From NCBI RefSeq assembly GCF_009914755.1, contig NC_060926.1: a DNA stretch of 64,000 bases; one strand, written 5' to 3'. Below are positions 48,368-62,537 of this stretch, piece after piece (the first letter of the stretch is position 1; each line of letters begins with the position of its first letter). The notes below the pieces were generated by a model. That model did not search any database and was not told where the DNA came from. It saw only the letters and a list, made by a program, of their open reading frames with translations. Position numbers and translations under genes: made by a program. This DNA is from the human T2T-CHM13v2.0 reference genome, Homo sapiens.

Positions 48368-51300
48368 TGATGAATAGATCAATACCTCACATATCAATAT
48401 TAATGTTGAATGTAAATGGCCTAAATGCCCTACTTAAAAGATATAGAATGGAAGAATAGATTTTTAAAAATCACTAAACAAGTATCTGTTGTCTTCAAAA
48501 GACTCACCTAACACACAAGGATTCATATAAACTCAAGATAAGGGGTAAAAAACAATATTCCACACAAATGGAAACCAAAAGGGAGCAGGAGTAGTTATTC
48601 TTATATCAGATAAAACAGACTTAAACAAATACTAAAAATGAGAAAGTCAGCAAAGAAACAATGGACTTAAACTATCTCTAGAACACATTGACTTAACAGA
48701 TTTCTACAAGACATGCTACCCAACAACTGGAGAATATACATTCTTCTCATCAGTACATGAAACATTCTCCAAGATAGATGATATGATAGGCTGCAAAACA
48801 AGTCTCAATGAATTTAAGAAAATGGAAATTATATAAAGTGTCTTATCAGACCACAGTAGAGTAAAACTAGAAATCAATTCCAAAAGGAACCCTCAAAACT
48901 ATACAAATAAATTAAATAATCTGCTCCTGATCTAGGTTAACAATGAAATCAAGATGCAAATGAAAAAATTCTTTGAGATGAATGATAATAGTGACACAAC
49001 TTATCAAAACCTCTAGGATATGGCAAAAGCAGTGCAAGGAGGAAAGTTCATAGCATTAAATGTGTACATCGGAAAGTCTGAAAGAGCACAAATTGACAAC
49101 CTAATGTCACACCTCAAGGAACTAGAGAAACAGGCACTAACTAAACCCAAAGCCAGCAGAAGAAAAGAAATAACAAAAATCGGAGCAGAATTTAAGGAAA
49201 TTGAAACAAAAATACAAAACATAAATGAAACAAAAAGCTGGTTCTTTGAAAAGATAAACAAAATTGAGAAATCATTAGGGAGATTAACCAAGAAAAGAAG
49301 AGAAAAGATCCAAATAAGCTCAATTAAAAATGAAAGTGGAAACATTACAACCAACACGAATAAATCATTTGAGACTATTATGAATACATTTATGCATAGA
49401 AACTAGAAAATCTAGAGGAAATGCATAAATTCCTGTAAACATACAATCCTCCTAGATTAAATCAGGAAGAAATAGAAACCCTGAACAGACCAATAACAAG
49501 CTGTGAGATTAAGTCAGTAATAAAATTGCCAACAGCAAAAAGCCCAGAACCAGATGGATTCACAGCTGAATTCTACCAGATATTCAAAGAAGAATTTGTA
49601 CCAATCCTATGAAACTACACCAAAATATTGAGAAAGATAGAATCCTTCCTAAATCATTCTATGAAGCCAGTATCACCCTAATACCAAAACCAGGAAAGGA
49701 CATAAAAATAAAACTACAGACCAAAATTTCTGGTGAACATAGAAGCAAAAATCCCCAACAAAATACCAGATAATCGAATCCAATAGCACATCAAAAAGAT
49801 AATACATCATGAGCAAGTGTGTTACATCTCAGGGATGCAGCAATGATTTAACATATGCAAATCCGTTAATGTGATACTTCACATAAACAAAATTAAAAAC
49901 AAAACCATATAATCATCTTAATTGATACAGAAATAAGCATTCAATAAAATCTAACATTGGTTTATGATAAAAACACTGAATAAACTAGTCATAGACGGAA
50001 CTTATGTCAAAATAACCACAGCCATATATGTCAAACCCACAGCCACCATCATGTTGAATGGGGAAAAGTTGAAAGCATGACCCCCTGAGAACTGGAACAA
50101 GATAAGGATGTTCACTTTCACCACTTCTATTTGATATACTACTGAAAGTCCCAAGCCAGAGCAACCAGGGAAGAAAAAGAAATAAAGGACATCTAAATTA
50201 GAAAAGAGGAAGTCATACCAGTGCTCTTCACCAATGATATGATCAAATACCTAGAAAACCCTAAAGACCCCACCAAAAGGCTCCTAGGTCTAATAAACAC
50301 ATTCAGTAAAGCTTCAAGTTACAAAGTCAATGTACAGAAGTCACCAGCACTGCTATACAACAACAGTGACCCAGCTGAGAATCAAATCAAGAACCCACCC
50401 CTTTTAACAACAGCTGTAAAAAATAAAATACCTATGAATATACTTAATAAAGGAGGTGAAAAATCTCTACAAGGAAAACTATAAAACATTGTTGGAAGAA
50501 ATCACTAATGACACAAAAATATGTAAACCCAGCCCATGTTCATGGATGGAAAGAATGAATGTTGTGAAAATGAACATACTCTCCAAAGCAATCTATAGAT
50601 TTAATGCAATTCCTATCAAAATGCCATTATCATTTTTCACAAAACTAGAAAAAACAATCTTAAAAATCATATGGAACCAAAACAGAGCCTGAATAGCCAA
50701 AGCAATACTACGTAAAAAGAACAAATCTGGAGGCATTACAGTACCAGACTTCAAATCATATTGCAAGGCTATGATTACCAAAACAGCATGGTGCTGGTAT
50801 AAAATCGGCACGTAGGCCAGTAGAACAGAACAAAGAATCCAAAAATAAAGCTGAATATTTATAGCCAACTGATCTTTGAGAGAGTATACAGAAACATAAA
50901 CTGGGAAAAGTACATCCCATTCAATAAATGGTGCTGGGAAAACTGGCAAGCCACACATAGAAGAATGAAACTGGAACCCCTCTCTCACGTTATACAAAAA
51001 TCAGTTCAAGAGGGATCAAAGACCTAAATCTAAAACATAAAACCATAAAAATTATAGAAGACAACATTGAAAAAACTATTCTGGACATTGGCCTAGGCAA
51101 AGAATTTATGACTAAGACCCCAAAAGCAAATGTGACAAATATAATAAATGGGATCTAATTAAACTAAAAAGCTTCTGCACAGCAAAATAAATAATCGGTA
51201 AACAGAAAACCATAGAATAAGAGACAATATTTGCAAACTCTGCATCCGACAAAGGAATAGTATCCAGAATGTACAAGGAACTCAAGCAAATCAGCAAGAA

Positions 51301-51894
51301 AAGGACAAATAATCCCATTAAAAAGTGGGCAAATGACATGGATAGACATTTCTCAAAATAAGATACACAAACAGCCAACAAACATATAAAAAATGCTCAA
51401 CATTACTGATCATCAGGGAAATGTAAATTAAAACCACATTGAGATACCACCTCACTCCTATAAGAATGATCATAATTAAAAAGTCAAAAAATAGTACATG
51501 TTGCTGTGGATGTGGTGAAAAGAGAACACTTTTGTACTGCTGGTGGGAATGTAAATTAGTACAACCTCTTTGGAAAACGGTATGGAAATTCCTTAAAGAA
51601 CTAAGAACAGATCTGCCATTTGAGCCAGCAGTCCTACTACTGGGTACCTATCCAAAAGAAAAGAAGTCATTATATGAAAAAGACACATGCACATGCATGT
51701 TTATGGCAGCACACTTCACCACTGCAAAAATATGGAACCAATCTATGTGTCCATCAATCAATGAGTGGATAAAAAAAATATGGCATATATATACCATGGA
51801 ATACTACTCAGCCATAAAAAGGAATAAAATAATATATTTTGCAGCAACTTGGATGGAGCTGGAGGCCATTATTCTAAGTGAAGTAACTCAGTAA
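48368..51894 (+). pseudogene. L1 ORF2p (endonuclease/RT) remnant
   Basis: LNVNGLN start motif, [17 protein letters not shown] box decayed to FTND, C-terminal [13 protein letters not shown]; many stops. Confidence 0.9.
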
Positions 51895-52182
51895 TGGAAA
51901 ATCAAATACAATATGTTCTCCCTTATAAGTGGAAGCTAAGCTATGAGGACACAAAGACATGCAGAATGATATAATGGACTTTGAGGATTTACAGGCGATG
52001 TGGGAGTGGGGTGAGGGATAAAAGGCTACATATAGGGTACAGTGTATATTGCTTGGGTGATGAGTGCACTAAAATCTTAGAATTCACCACTATAAAATTC
52101 ATCCATTTAATCAAAAAACCACTACTATCCAAAAAGCTATTGAAATAAAAACTAATTTAAAAAAATTAAAATGGCATGCATT

Positions 52183-52790
52183 AGTGCCAATGCTGATCAT
52201 GTACTAGGCGATCTTGTGAGCTCTGGGTTTTATAGCAATGAATGAAACAGACAAATTTCTGACTTTATTGAGCTTATATGTTAATAGCTAAGTGGGGATT
52301 CAGGAGACAAGGAATAATTTTTTTAAGTAATTTGTTGGAGGGTAAGAAGTGCTAAAAAGAGAAATGAAGTACTACAGAGAGAAAAGGATGGGGAATCCTA
52401 TTATAAGGATTAAGATACTCAGAACACTATTTTAGAAGAGTGACCTCTTGAAGACTGAGGGATTGAGTTACACTACTATCTGAGGGAAAGGACACTCCAA
52501 CAAATAATTCAAATAATTCAAAAACATGGTTGCCTTTGCCATAAAACCCTAAACCCTAAAGCTGCAACATGTCTACATCAGAGAAAAAAATGATATCTTT
52601 CTACTGAGTGTAATTTATACTCTGAGATAAATATGCTTATTTTGAGAAATAAGCAGGCATGGGAATGTTTAAGGAACAGTGTTGAGACCAGGGTAGCTGA
52701 GTAGAGTATGAACATATATTTAGCAAGAGTGGTGGGAAAGGTCAGAAAGATAGTCCTATGATAGAGGAGTAATCACATTAAGCAAGGCTC
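52183..52790 (-). mobile_element. L2 3' region, continuing the L2 tail at 44383-44415
   Basis: gcaatgaatgaaacagacaaatttctgactttattgagcttatatg matches the antisense L2 3' end. Confidence 0.7.
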
Positions 52791-53905
52791 TGTTTATTCA
52801 GAACTTCTCTTGCTAGTTCTCTTCCTCTGAAAGGAGCATTTATATTTGAACTTTTGTTTTTTACTATGAATTTCACATGCTTATTTAGGTCTTTGTCAAA
52901 TTAAAAATGGAGATTTGAAGGATTGCTAAAGGATTACAACATAGAGAAATCCAAATCTTGGAACTGCCATGATGAATTCATTGGCCTGTATATTCTGGGT
53001 AATTACCTTGTTCTCAGTTTTGGTGTAAACTGATAACTTTATAGGCATAACTTATAGATGTAAAACTTTATAGGTATAAACCTATAAAGTCGGTGATGTG
53101 ATATCTACTGATAAAGTATGTGATAGGCAGTGAAAAAGCAAATTTATCTTTGAAAAAATATTGAAAAAGTATGTAAAATAAAATGCATCTAACGACAAGA
53201 TATATTGACTGGAAGTAAATAATTTTTTTGACTAGATTTATTGATGAAAAGTAACAAGTTCGTCCACCATTTTAACCAGAATTGTGTTTTATTGTATTGG
53301 CATATTTTACTTCATTGTAGTTGATACAGAGAAATTTAGTCATCTAAAGAGATTCATAATTAAATATTGTTATAAGAAGTATTTTAGAATTGGTATTAAT
53401 ATTTTCAGATCCTAGCTAATTTTTTTTAGTTTAAATAAACATTAATAACAGCTAATATATATTGATTGTTTTCTCTATGCCAGATTCATGTAATCTTCTC
53501 AGCAATTCAATATGGAAAGTATATTGAACAACTGAGAACACTGAAGCCCAAGGTACCATAAATTACTTGTCCCAAAGCCCACAGCTCTTAAACTTCGGGA
53601 CCAAGACTTGAATTCATGCCATCTGGTTCTAATATCTACATCATAAACCATTCTGAAACTGTAACATAAATAATTATCCCAAACAAAGCTTTGCACTTGC
53701 TTTCTTCTTTTATCATTTTACACTAAGACCTCAGTTTTATAGACTCTAAGAGATGACTAAAATTGTATACATGTCAAGAGTTGTGCCAGAGGTAATTCAA
53801 AAACATGGTTGCCTTCGCCATAAAACCCTAAAACTGCAACATATCTGCATCAGAGAAAAAAATGGTATCTCTCTACTGAGTGTAATTTACACTCTGAGAT
53901 AAATA
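52514..53905. repeat. Dispersed direct repeat pair, 52514-52633 and 53793-53905
   Basis: 113 aligned bases with 7 substitutions by manual count and one 7-bp insertion. Confidence 0.93.
53445..53650 (-). mobile_element. MIR SINE
   Basis: gagaacactgaagcccaagg...aaattacttgtcccaaagcccacagct core. Confidence 0.7.
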
Positions 53906-56900
53906 CGGACAACATTGCAAAGCCCTCATGACAAGATTTGTTATTCCTGAGCTATATATTTTTTCATTATCTGACATATTTTAACCTTTGAAAAAAAATT
54001 ATAGAATGTTAGTCTCCTTCTCCTTCTCTCTTTTTTTAATCAATCAGCACAGAACATGTCCCTTACTTGACTTACAGTTCAACTAGGTGTTACATATCAA
54101 TAAATGATCACATTAGCCTTTATCTTATCATTTCCTCATTGGCTGCATAGTCAACAAAGTATTGATTTTTTTTTTTAGGATTCTGCTTACAGTACATGAT
54201 TGTTCTCTTGGCTTTACTCCCAAATGTCTTTAAAAACCTTAATAGTGCACTTCTCTGTTAGATGTCTTTATTCACCTTTTAATAAGCCTGCTTGCCTCCT
54301 ATAATAATGCTGCATCTGCTGTAGAATCATATTTATCAGAGAGACAGCACGCTATGAAAGAAGTCCAAAAAAACACTATGCTTGAGCTGAATTTAATATG
54401 AGAATTCAAATAAAGGTGCCAATAAAATTCTCATTTTAATACAACCATTAAACACATGCAGAAAGCAAAGTATCTCAATGGATAATATAAATCATCATTA
54501 AATCTGCATTAATTTAGCCTACTCAAATATTCCTTCAAGGTATAAATGCATTACTACAAACAGCAAAGAAACAGAATTATCCCTCATGTCATATCCTATT
54601 AGGTTTTAGAAAGAAAAGAATTGGTATTCTAAAACGTATATCCCATGACATGTCTTCATTGTCATCAGATTAATGTCCACAGTGAAAGCTGGTTGCAAGC
54701 ATTGTCACAGGCCTGGGTTGAACCCTATGACAGCTAGCAAAGGGGGAGGTGAAAGGAAATTACTGAATGGGTGCCGGGGTTACCTCACTAGAGCCATATA
54801 TCCCAAGTCACTAATACATGTACCACCTTCAGAAATTTGCTATTTTCCAGTGCCACCTGTATGGGTATTTATTTCTTCTTTTTCAATGCTAATTAATATA
54901 CTGGTTAATTCAGCATTAGGGAGCCAAGTATTGTTTCACCAGAGATTTAGGCAATCTGTCTCTCTTGTACCTTGATAAAAACTATTTTGATATAATTAAG
55001 AAAACAACTTTATATAAGACTTCTACATCTGAATGAGAACATATTTTATTGAATTCATTATTTTAATATAAATTACTAATTTGAAATAGCTTTAGTTAAC
55101 AGTATATTGAATATTTTAATTATGTATGCATTCTTTATATTATATAATTTCTCTGCTCTTAAATATTGAAACTATCTTGAGTGCTAAATGATCATTAAGA
55201 TAATTTAAACAATTTAGATGGCAAATTTTCAAATATATATACTCCATTGGTATTGTTACATAAACTATATTCAAATTCTTGCTATTTGCAGATAATAAAG
55301 TTCCTATCTGGGGGAAAAAATCTCACAAATAATCTAATCCAAGTTTCTAAATTTAAGATTTAGAAATAGCCACAGAGACCTTATGTGACATGCCCAAGTC
55401 ACACTGCTAGTTAGTTGGTGACAAAACCGCAATTAGGCAAAGGATTTCTGTTACTTATATGGAGAAATGATATTCACTGGATCCAGGCAGACTTCTTTCT
55501 GATTCTCTGTTTTCTCATCTATTAAATGAGGATAATAACAATAACAACCAAAATAATAATATCAATACCACCTAATTTAAAGGTTTTTCTAACATGTATG
55601 AGAAAGTACCTGGCACATTTTGGGGGCTCAGTTAACCTTAACTATCTTATTATCTCTTCCTGTTACCTCAGTTTCTGCTATTTAATCAATCCTGATAATA
55701 GCAAAGAAAGAATCCTGTAAATTAATTAAAAGCTATCAAGAAACTTCTCAGGTATCAGAATTTCACAAATCTTTTACAATTTCTGTTATTGGCTTTTGGT
55801 CATCCTTAATTATCCTTAGTAACCAAATTCTTAACCTCCTTTGGTCCACATCTTTAGCTAAAGCATTCCTTCACTATGTCACTTTCACCAAGTATCAAAG
55901 ACTGATGACAAAACCAAAGAATAGACTCAAAAAAGAAGCAAATATATCAATTAGGTTACTCTACAAAGGTTCATACTGTCTTAACTAGGAATGACTGTTA
56001 CTGGAAACTCTTACAAAATTCAACAAATGAATTTCAACTCTAGACATTTCTCAATGGTTTCTTCAGTTTACAAGAATAATTTCATTGGTAATAATAAACG
56101 TCTGAGATAGTTGACAATTTTCTAGCCTTAAGATGGCTTTGTACAGAACCATTTGGGTACTCCCAAATCAACTTTTGCTCATCAGAGAAGAGGAAAATAG
56201 AAATACTTTCTTAAATGGACTAGATATATTATATTGTGGAAAATATGTATGCAAATGCAGGTAAATATATCAAATTTAATCTAAATATGTCAAATGAAAA
56301 CAGAATATTTATCTCCCTAATTCTAAGTAAGCGTGAGTGCTCTATTGACTCACAGCCATCAGAGAATAGATTGTATTCAGGAAGGGAAAAGGAAATTTTA
56401 CTTATAAAGTACCCACTATGTGTCAGATCTAATGTAAATCATTTTGAGAACGTAATTGTACATAATTCTCTCAACAACTCTATGATAAATATGATTTCTT
56501 TTTACATCTAATAAAACTGAGGCTTATGGAGGTTCATACACACTTAATATTACATAATCAGTAAATCATGATGTCAAAATGTTTGCCGTTTTTTACATTC
56601 TATCATACCATTAATATGGTATCTACGTATTTATTCACATAAGTATACTGAAGATTTCTTGCCATTTTAGGTTGTGTCAACTTAACTAGATAAATTTCAA
56701 AAAATTCATGAACTATGTTTATGATATAAAACAATGGCAGAATCTCTAACATCTTGAAAATATGTTTTGTACCTAACATTCCAACAGAGTATAAGCATTT
56801 AACAGAATACTGGGAAGTGTAAGGGTTTTTTAAGAAAACACTCTATAATCTACAAAATATCGTAATAAAAATGGGTTTTAAAAGACACCCTAAATATATT

Positions 56901-57734
56901 ATTGGTATAAAGTATAAAAGTAGTAGATATAATAGTAGTAGACTGGTTCCACTATTTTAGCTTTAAAGAAAGATAAATGTAATACACACACAAACACACA
57001 TACACAATTCTATCACATTGGACCTAAAATATTGGATTGCTATCCTCAAGGTTATATTTGGAAGCCTAAGAAAAAATAAAGTCATCTTAATCCTTTATCT
57101 TCAGTCTTCAATTTCTTGTATACTCCAGATGTATTAACACTGGTTTTCCTTTCTCTGCCAATGTTTAATAATGTTTGCTTTAGAGAAAATCCCCTTAGAG
57201 ACAGATCTGAACTAAGGTTTCTAATAGAAAATCTGTCACCGTGAACCTCTGTTGTTGCCTGCTAAAAGACAACGCTACACCTAGAAAAGCATTAGTTGAA
57301 CAATTTTACCTTGCCTTGTCTGAGACATAGCTGGAGAGCCAAAGGTATCAATTTTTATTCTAAACTAAAAACATTTAAACAAGAAGACACTTACCATGTT
57401 AAAAATAAAATTTCATATACCATTTTTTGAAGAAAAAATATAAATCTTAAAACTATTTGTGTTATCTTCACAAACATTCACATACCAGGAACCATCTAGC
57501 TATCATATCATTTGCAGAAACATTTATTCCACGATAAGCAAAATATCATCTCCACTTCAGCAGGAGATGTTGGCACATAATTAAGTTGGTCCTTTTCAGA
57601 AAGTTTGCAAGGCTGTCATCTATTTATTGATAAAATGGAATTTCCATTTCTAATGGAATTTCAAGTCTAGTACAGTTTTTATTTTACTCTCTTAAAAGAT
57701 AGTTCATATCTTTTTTTCCAGAAATACTTTCTAA

Positions 57735-58031
57735 TTTATTTTTATTTTTCAAAGACAGGGTCTCATTCTGTCAGCCAGGTTGGAATGCATTGATGCAATC
57801 AGCTCACTGCAACCTCAAACTCCTGGGCTCAAGCAATCCTCCCACCTCAGGAGTACCTGTGACTGCAGGTGCATGGCACATGGCACCATGTCCAGTTACT
57901 GGTTTATTTTTTGTAGAAACAGGGTCTCACTATGTTGCCCAGACTGGTCTCAAACTCATAACCTGAAGCAATCCTCCCACCTTTACCTTTCAAAGCACTG
58001 GGATTACAGGCATGCACCACCACACAGGGCC
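57735..58031 (-). mobile_element. Alu (AluJ-type)
   Basis: Antisense diverged dimer; gtctcactatgttgcccagactggtctcaaactc. Confidence 0.9.
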
Positions 58032-58339
58032 CATCTTTTTTCTATTAACTGTAGAAGCACATATTATTTTTGTACTCAAGACTCAAAGTCCTTTGCTTTT
58101 ATCCCTAAAGGCAATTAAATCATAGTTATTTAGTTTCAGCTTCCTGTAATTTCTACAACTAAATCTCTGATCTAGGGCCTCACATAATAATAGTAAAATA
58201 TTTAAAAAAAAATACACTTATTGTTCTGATCTCGTTAGCTTAAGTCACCTAAACAATCCACATTTACTGTAAGTCAACTGCATGTAATAGTGATTTACCT
58301 AATAAAAATATGCCCTGGTTGAGGTAATGCCTCTATGGG

Positions 58340-59426
58340 TTTTGTGTTTTGTGGGAAGTCAGGGACCCCGAATAGAGGGACCAGCTGGAGCCGCGGCAGA
58401 GGAACATAAATTGCAAAGATTTCATTTTAATATGGACATTTATCAGTTCCCAAATAATAGTTTTATAATTTCTTATGCCTGTCTTTAATCTCTTAATCCT
58501 GTTATCTTTGTAAGGTGAGGAGGTACGTCACCTCAGGACCACTGTGATAATTGTGTTAACTGTACAAATTGATTGTAAAACGTGTGTTTGAACAATATGA
58601 AATCAGTGCACCTTGAAAAAGAACAGAATAACAGCGATCTTTAGGGAACGAGGGAAGACAACCATAAGGTCTGACTGCCTGCAGGGTCAGGCAAAAAGAG
58701 CCATATTTTTCTTCTTGCAGAGAGCCTATAAATGGATGTGCAAATAGGAGATATATCGCTAAATTCTTTTCCTAGCAGGGAATATTAATATTAGTACCCT
58801 GGGAAAGGAATGCATTCCTTGGGGGAAGTCTATAAACGGCTGCTCTGGGAATGTCTGTCTTATTCGATTGAGATAAGGACTGAGATACACCTTGGTCTCC
58901 TGCAGTACCCTCAGGCTTACTAGGGTGGGGAAAAACTCTGCCCTGGTAAATTTGGGGTCAGACCTGTTCTCTGCTCGTGAACGCTGTTTTCTGTTAAGAT
59001 GTTTATCAAGACAATACTTGCACTGCTGAACATAGACTCTTATCAGTAGTTCTGCTTTTGCCCTCTGCCTTGTGATCTTTGTTGGACCCTTATCAGTAGT
59101 TCTGCTTTTGCCCTTTGTCCTGTTTCCTCAGAAGCATGTGATCTTTGTTAGACCCTTATTAGCAGTTCTGCTTTTTGCCCTTTGAAGCATGTGATCTTTG
59201 TACCTACTCCCTGTTCTTACACCCCCTCTCCTTTTGAAACCCTTAATAAAAACTTGCTGGTTTGAGGCTCAGGTGGGTATCATGGTCCTACCAATATGGG
59301 ATGTCACCTCTGGCAGCCCAGCTGTAAAATGCCTCTCTTTGTACTGTCTCTCTTTATTTCTCAGCCAGCCAACACTTATGGAAAATAGAACCTACACTGA
59401 AATATTGGGGGTGGGTTCCCCCAATA
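58340..59426 (+). mobile_element. MER11 solo LTR (HERV-K HML-8)
   Basis: gggaagtcagggaccccgaa start, ggttcccccaata end, 6-bp target-site duplication tatggg (58334-58339 / 59427-59432), AATAAA at 59245, three internal tatcagtagttctgctttt-type repeats. Confidence 0.9.
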
Positions 59427-60187
59427 TATGGGGAAGAGGTAAATTCTCACCAAAGAACGGAAGTGGAATGCGTCCATTCCTCACCTACCATAGTTTCTCT
59501 GCCTTTTTCTTAAAGCCTGGCCTGAGTTCTGAACAGGAGCAGACATCCTGCCTGTGTCCATGTTTCCCCTGGTTCTAGTCCCCACCCATTCCTAACTCTC
59601 GTCTTTTGCCACACTCCCCTCTAGTCTTGAAGGAATTAAAGTAGCAGCTGCACATAGAAAAGAAATGATGATAGTTGGTCTTGGTCCAGTTATAGAAGTT
59701 GCAAATGCAAGTTTGGCTAGTGGCCTTTCACCAGAGACACTGATTTTCCTCGAGAGGCCATGGATTCCTGTGCAATACATTTGCATCAAGGCTGAATTGG
59801 TCTCCTAGTGCAGGGGTCCCCAACCCCTGGGCCATGGATGAGTACTGATTGGTGGCCTGTTAGGAACCAGGCCGCACAGCAGGAGGCGAGTGGCAGGCGA
59901 GCTAGCCAAGCTTCATCTGTATTCACAATGGCTACCCATTGCTCACGTTACGACCTGAACTCTGCCTCCTGTCTGATCAGCTGTGGCATTAGATTCTCAA
60001 TGTGAACCCTATCGTGAAATGCATATGTGAGGGATCTAGGTTGACCATTCCTTAGGATAATCTAATGCCTGATGATTTGAGGTGGAGATGAGGATGATAC
60101 TAGAGCTGATGAGTGGCTGAAAATACAGATTAACATTAGCAGATAATAAATCAATTGTTTGAAGACTCATATCAAAACCCTATCAGA

Positions 60188-60478
60188 GGCCAGGAGTGGT
60201 GGTTCATGCCTGTAATCCCAGCACTTGGGGAGGCTGAGGTGGGCAGATCACTTGAGCTCAGGAATTTGAGACCAGCCTAGGTAACATGGTGAAACATGTC
60301 TCTACAAAAAAATACAAAAATTAGCCAAGCATGGTGATGCATGCCTGCAGTCCCAGTTACTTAGGAGGCTGAGGTGGGAGTATGGCTTGAGCCTGAGAGG
60401 TGGAGGTGGCATTGAGACGTGATCATGCACTGCACTCCAGCCTGGGCAAGACAGCCAAACTCTGTCTAAAAAAAAAAA
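60188..60478 (+). mobile_element. Alu (AluJ-type) inserted in Charlie3
   Basis: Dimeric Alu; flanking aaaacc(c)t(a/g)tcag duplication. Confidence 0.92.
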
Positions 60479-60829
60479 CCTGTCAGTGAGTGGCAAGTAA
60501 CAAGCTGCATCTGGTGGCAGGCTTTATAGTGGCAAGTGAATCCATGTACTTCAATTGCACAGCTGCATCTGGTGGCAGACTTTAAGTCAGAATCCAAAAC
60601 TTATTTTAGTCCATGTGTGGTTCACCCATTATTTTATTTACCACATCCATCCATGCCTCTTGCCCACACTGCACACTTGTTTCAGTCACAGTTTTGGAAA
60701 ACCCACAAGCTAAAATTGATTAAAAACAAAGGTCATCTGAGAGCTTCTTTCAAAAAGGGGAAAGACCCAATGATGAGACAGCAGAAGACTCTAGGACTGT
60801 CAACAAAAAGAAAACTGCATTTAAAAGAA

Positions 60830-62537
60830 AATACTCGCTTTGTATAACATGTGGCAACCAGCTTCCCAACTAAGCCAGGAAACCTTCAAAACTGCTTTGC
60901 CACATGGAGACAAAGCACCGTGCATTAAAAGACAAGCCTTTGGAGTTTTTCAAAAGAAAAATAAAAAATGAACATGAAGAACAGAAGCAATTATTGAAGG
61001 CTAACACTTCATCAAATGTGTCCGCACTGACAGCAACATTCTTAGTGGCTAACCACATTACTAAAGCTAAGAAGCCCTTTACTATTGGTGAAGAGTTAAT
61101 CCTGCCTGCTACTATGGATGTTTGCTGTGAACTTTTAGAAAAGGCTGCAGTTGAAAAGGTGGCATGTTTTCCTCTTTTGACTAAAACCATAACAAGACAA
61201 ACTGCTGAAATAGCAGAGGATATTAAGGTACAATTGTCAAAGAAGATTAATGAATCACTATTATATGCAATCCAGGTTGATAAGTCTACTGATGTTAATA
61301 ACAAGGCAACAAGGCTTGTTTTTGTGCAATACATTTTTCAGGAGGATGTGCACGATGATGTTATGTGCACTTTTGTTGCCAACCAACACCACAGCTGCAG
61401 AACTATTCAAGTCTTTGAATAATTACATATCAGGAAAATTAAGTAGGTCATTTTATGTCAGTACATGCACAGATGGAGTGGCTGCCATGACTGCACGGCT
61501 TTCTGGTTTCACTACTCAGGTCAAAGAGGTTGCCCCTGAATGTGAGTCTACACACTACATCACCTATAGAGAAATGTTGGCTAGCCAAAAAATGTCATCT
61601 GAACTTAACAGCATTTTACAGAATGTGATTAAAATTATCAGCAATACATTACATGCCTTCAGCATGTGCAGTAAAATACATGCCCTTAACTCACATGTGT
61701 TCACGCAGCTCTGTGAGGGGATAGAAACAGAGCACACACGTCTCCTCACTGAAGTAAGATGGGTTTCTAAAGGTCGATCACTAGCCAGAGTTTTTGAGTT
61801 ATGAGAGCAACTTCAGAGATTTCTTTTAGAAAACCACTGGCAGCACATTTCAGCGACACAGAATGGGATGCAAAACTTGCCTAGTTGTGTGACATATTCA
61901 ACCTGCTTGGCAAACTCAATCTATCACTTCAGGGGAGAATGACAACTGTGAACAAATCAGCAGATAAAGTGGCTGCATTCAAAGCCAAACTGTAATTACA
62001 GGAGTGAGGAGAGAACATTGTGATTTTTGATATGTTTCAAACATCGCAGAGATTTTGAAAGAGACTGAACCAGGACTTTCTTTCTCCCACTTGGTGGATG
62101 ATCACCTATCTTAGATTTCAAGAGTTTGAACATTACTTCCCAACCACAAAAGACCCCTGAATTATGAAGGAGTGGATCTGTGACCCATTTGTGAAAAAGC
62201 CAGTTGAATCGACTTTGTCTTTGCTAGAAGAGGATCAACTACTTGAGATCACAAATGACGGTGGTCTTAAAAGTATGTTTGAGAAAGCTTCAAATCTTCA
62301 TATGTTCTGGATTACAGTCAAGGCAGAATATGCTGAGATTGCCACAAAAGCACTGAAAAGCCTCCTTCCATTTCAGACATCCCATATTTGTGAAGCAGGA
62401 TTTTCTGCAGTAACAGCAACCAAAATGAGACTACAGAGTACACTGGATATAAGCAACACACTTTGGGGGTCGGTGTTTCCCATCACCCCCAGATGAGATT
62501 ATCTAGTTGCAGTAAAACAAGCTCAGGGCTCTCATTA
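60830..62537 (+). pseudogene. hAT (Buster/Charlie-type) transposase remnant
   Basis: ORFs 60904-61422, 61250-61804 and 62164-62496 carry KPFTIGEELILPA, AIQVDKSTD, CTDGVAAM, TEVRW and ICEAGFS motifs, separated by frameshifts and stops. Confidence 0.88.

Noticed and set aside
60870-61334. 154-aa minus-strand ORF as a possible extra LRP1B exon
   Set aside because: It is the antisense shadow of the transposase ORF, with no LDLa, EGF or YWTD features.
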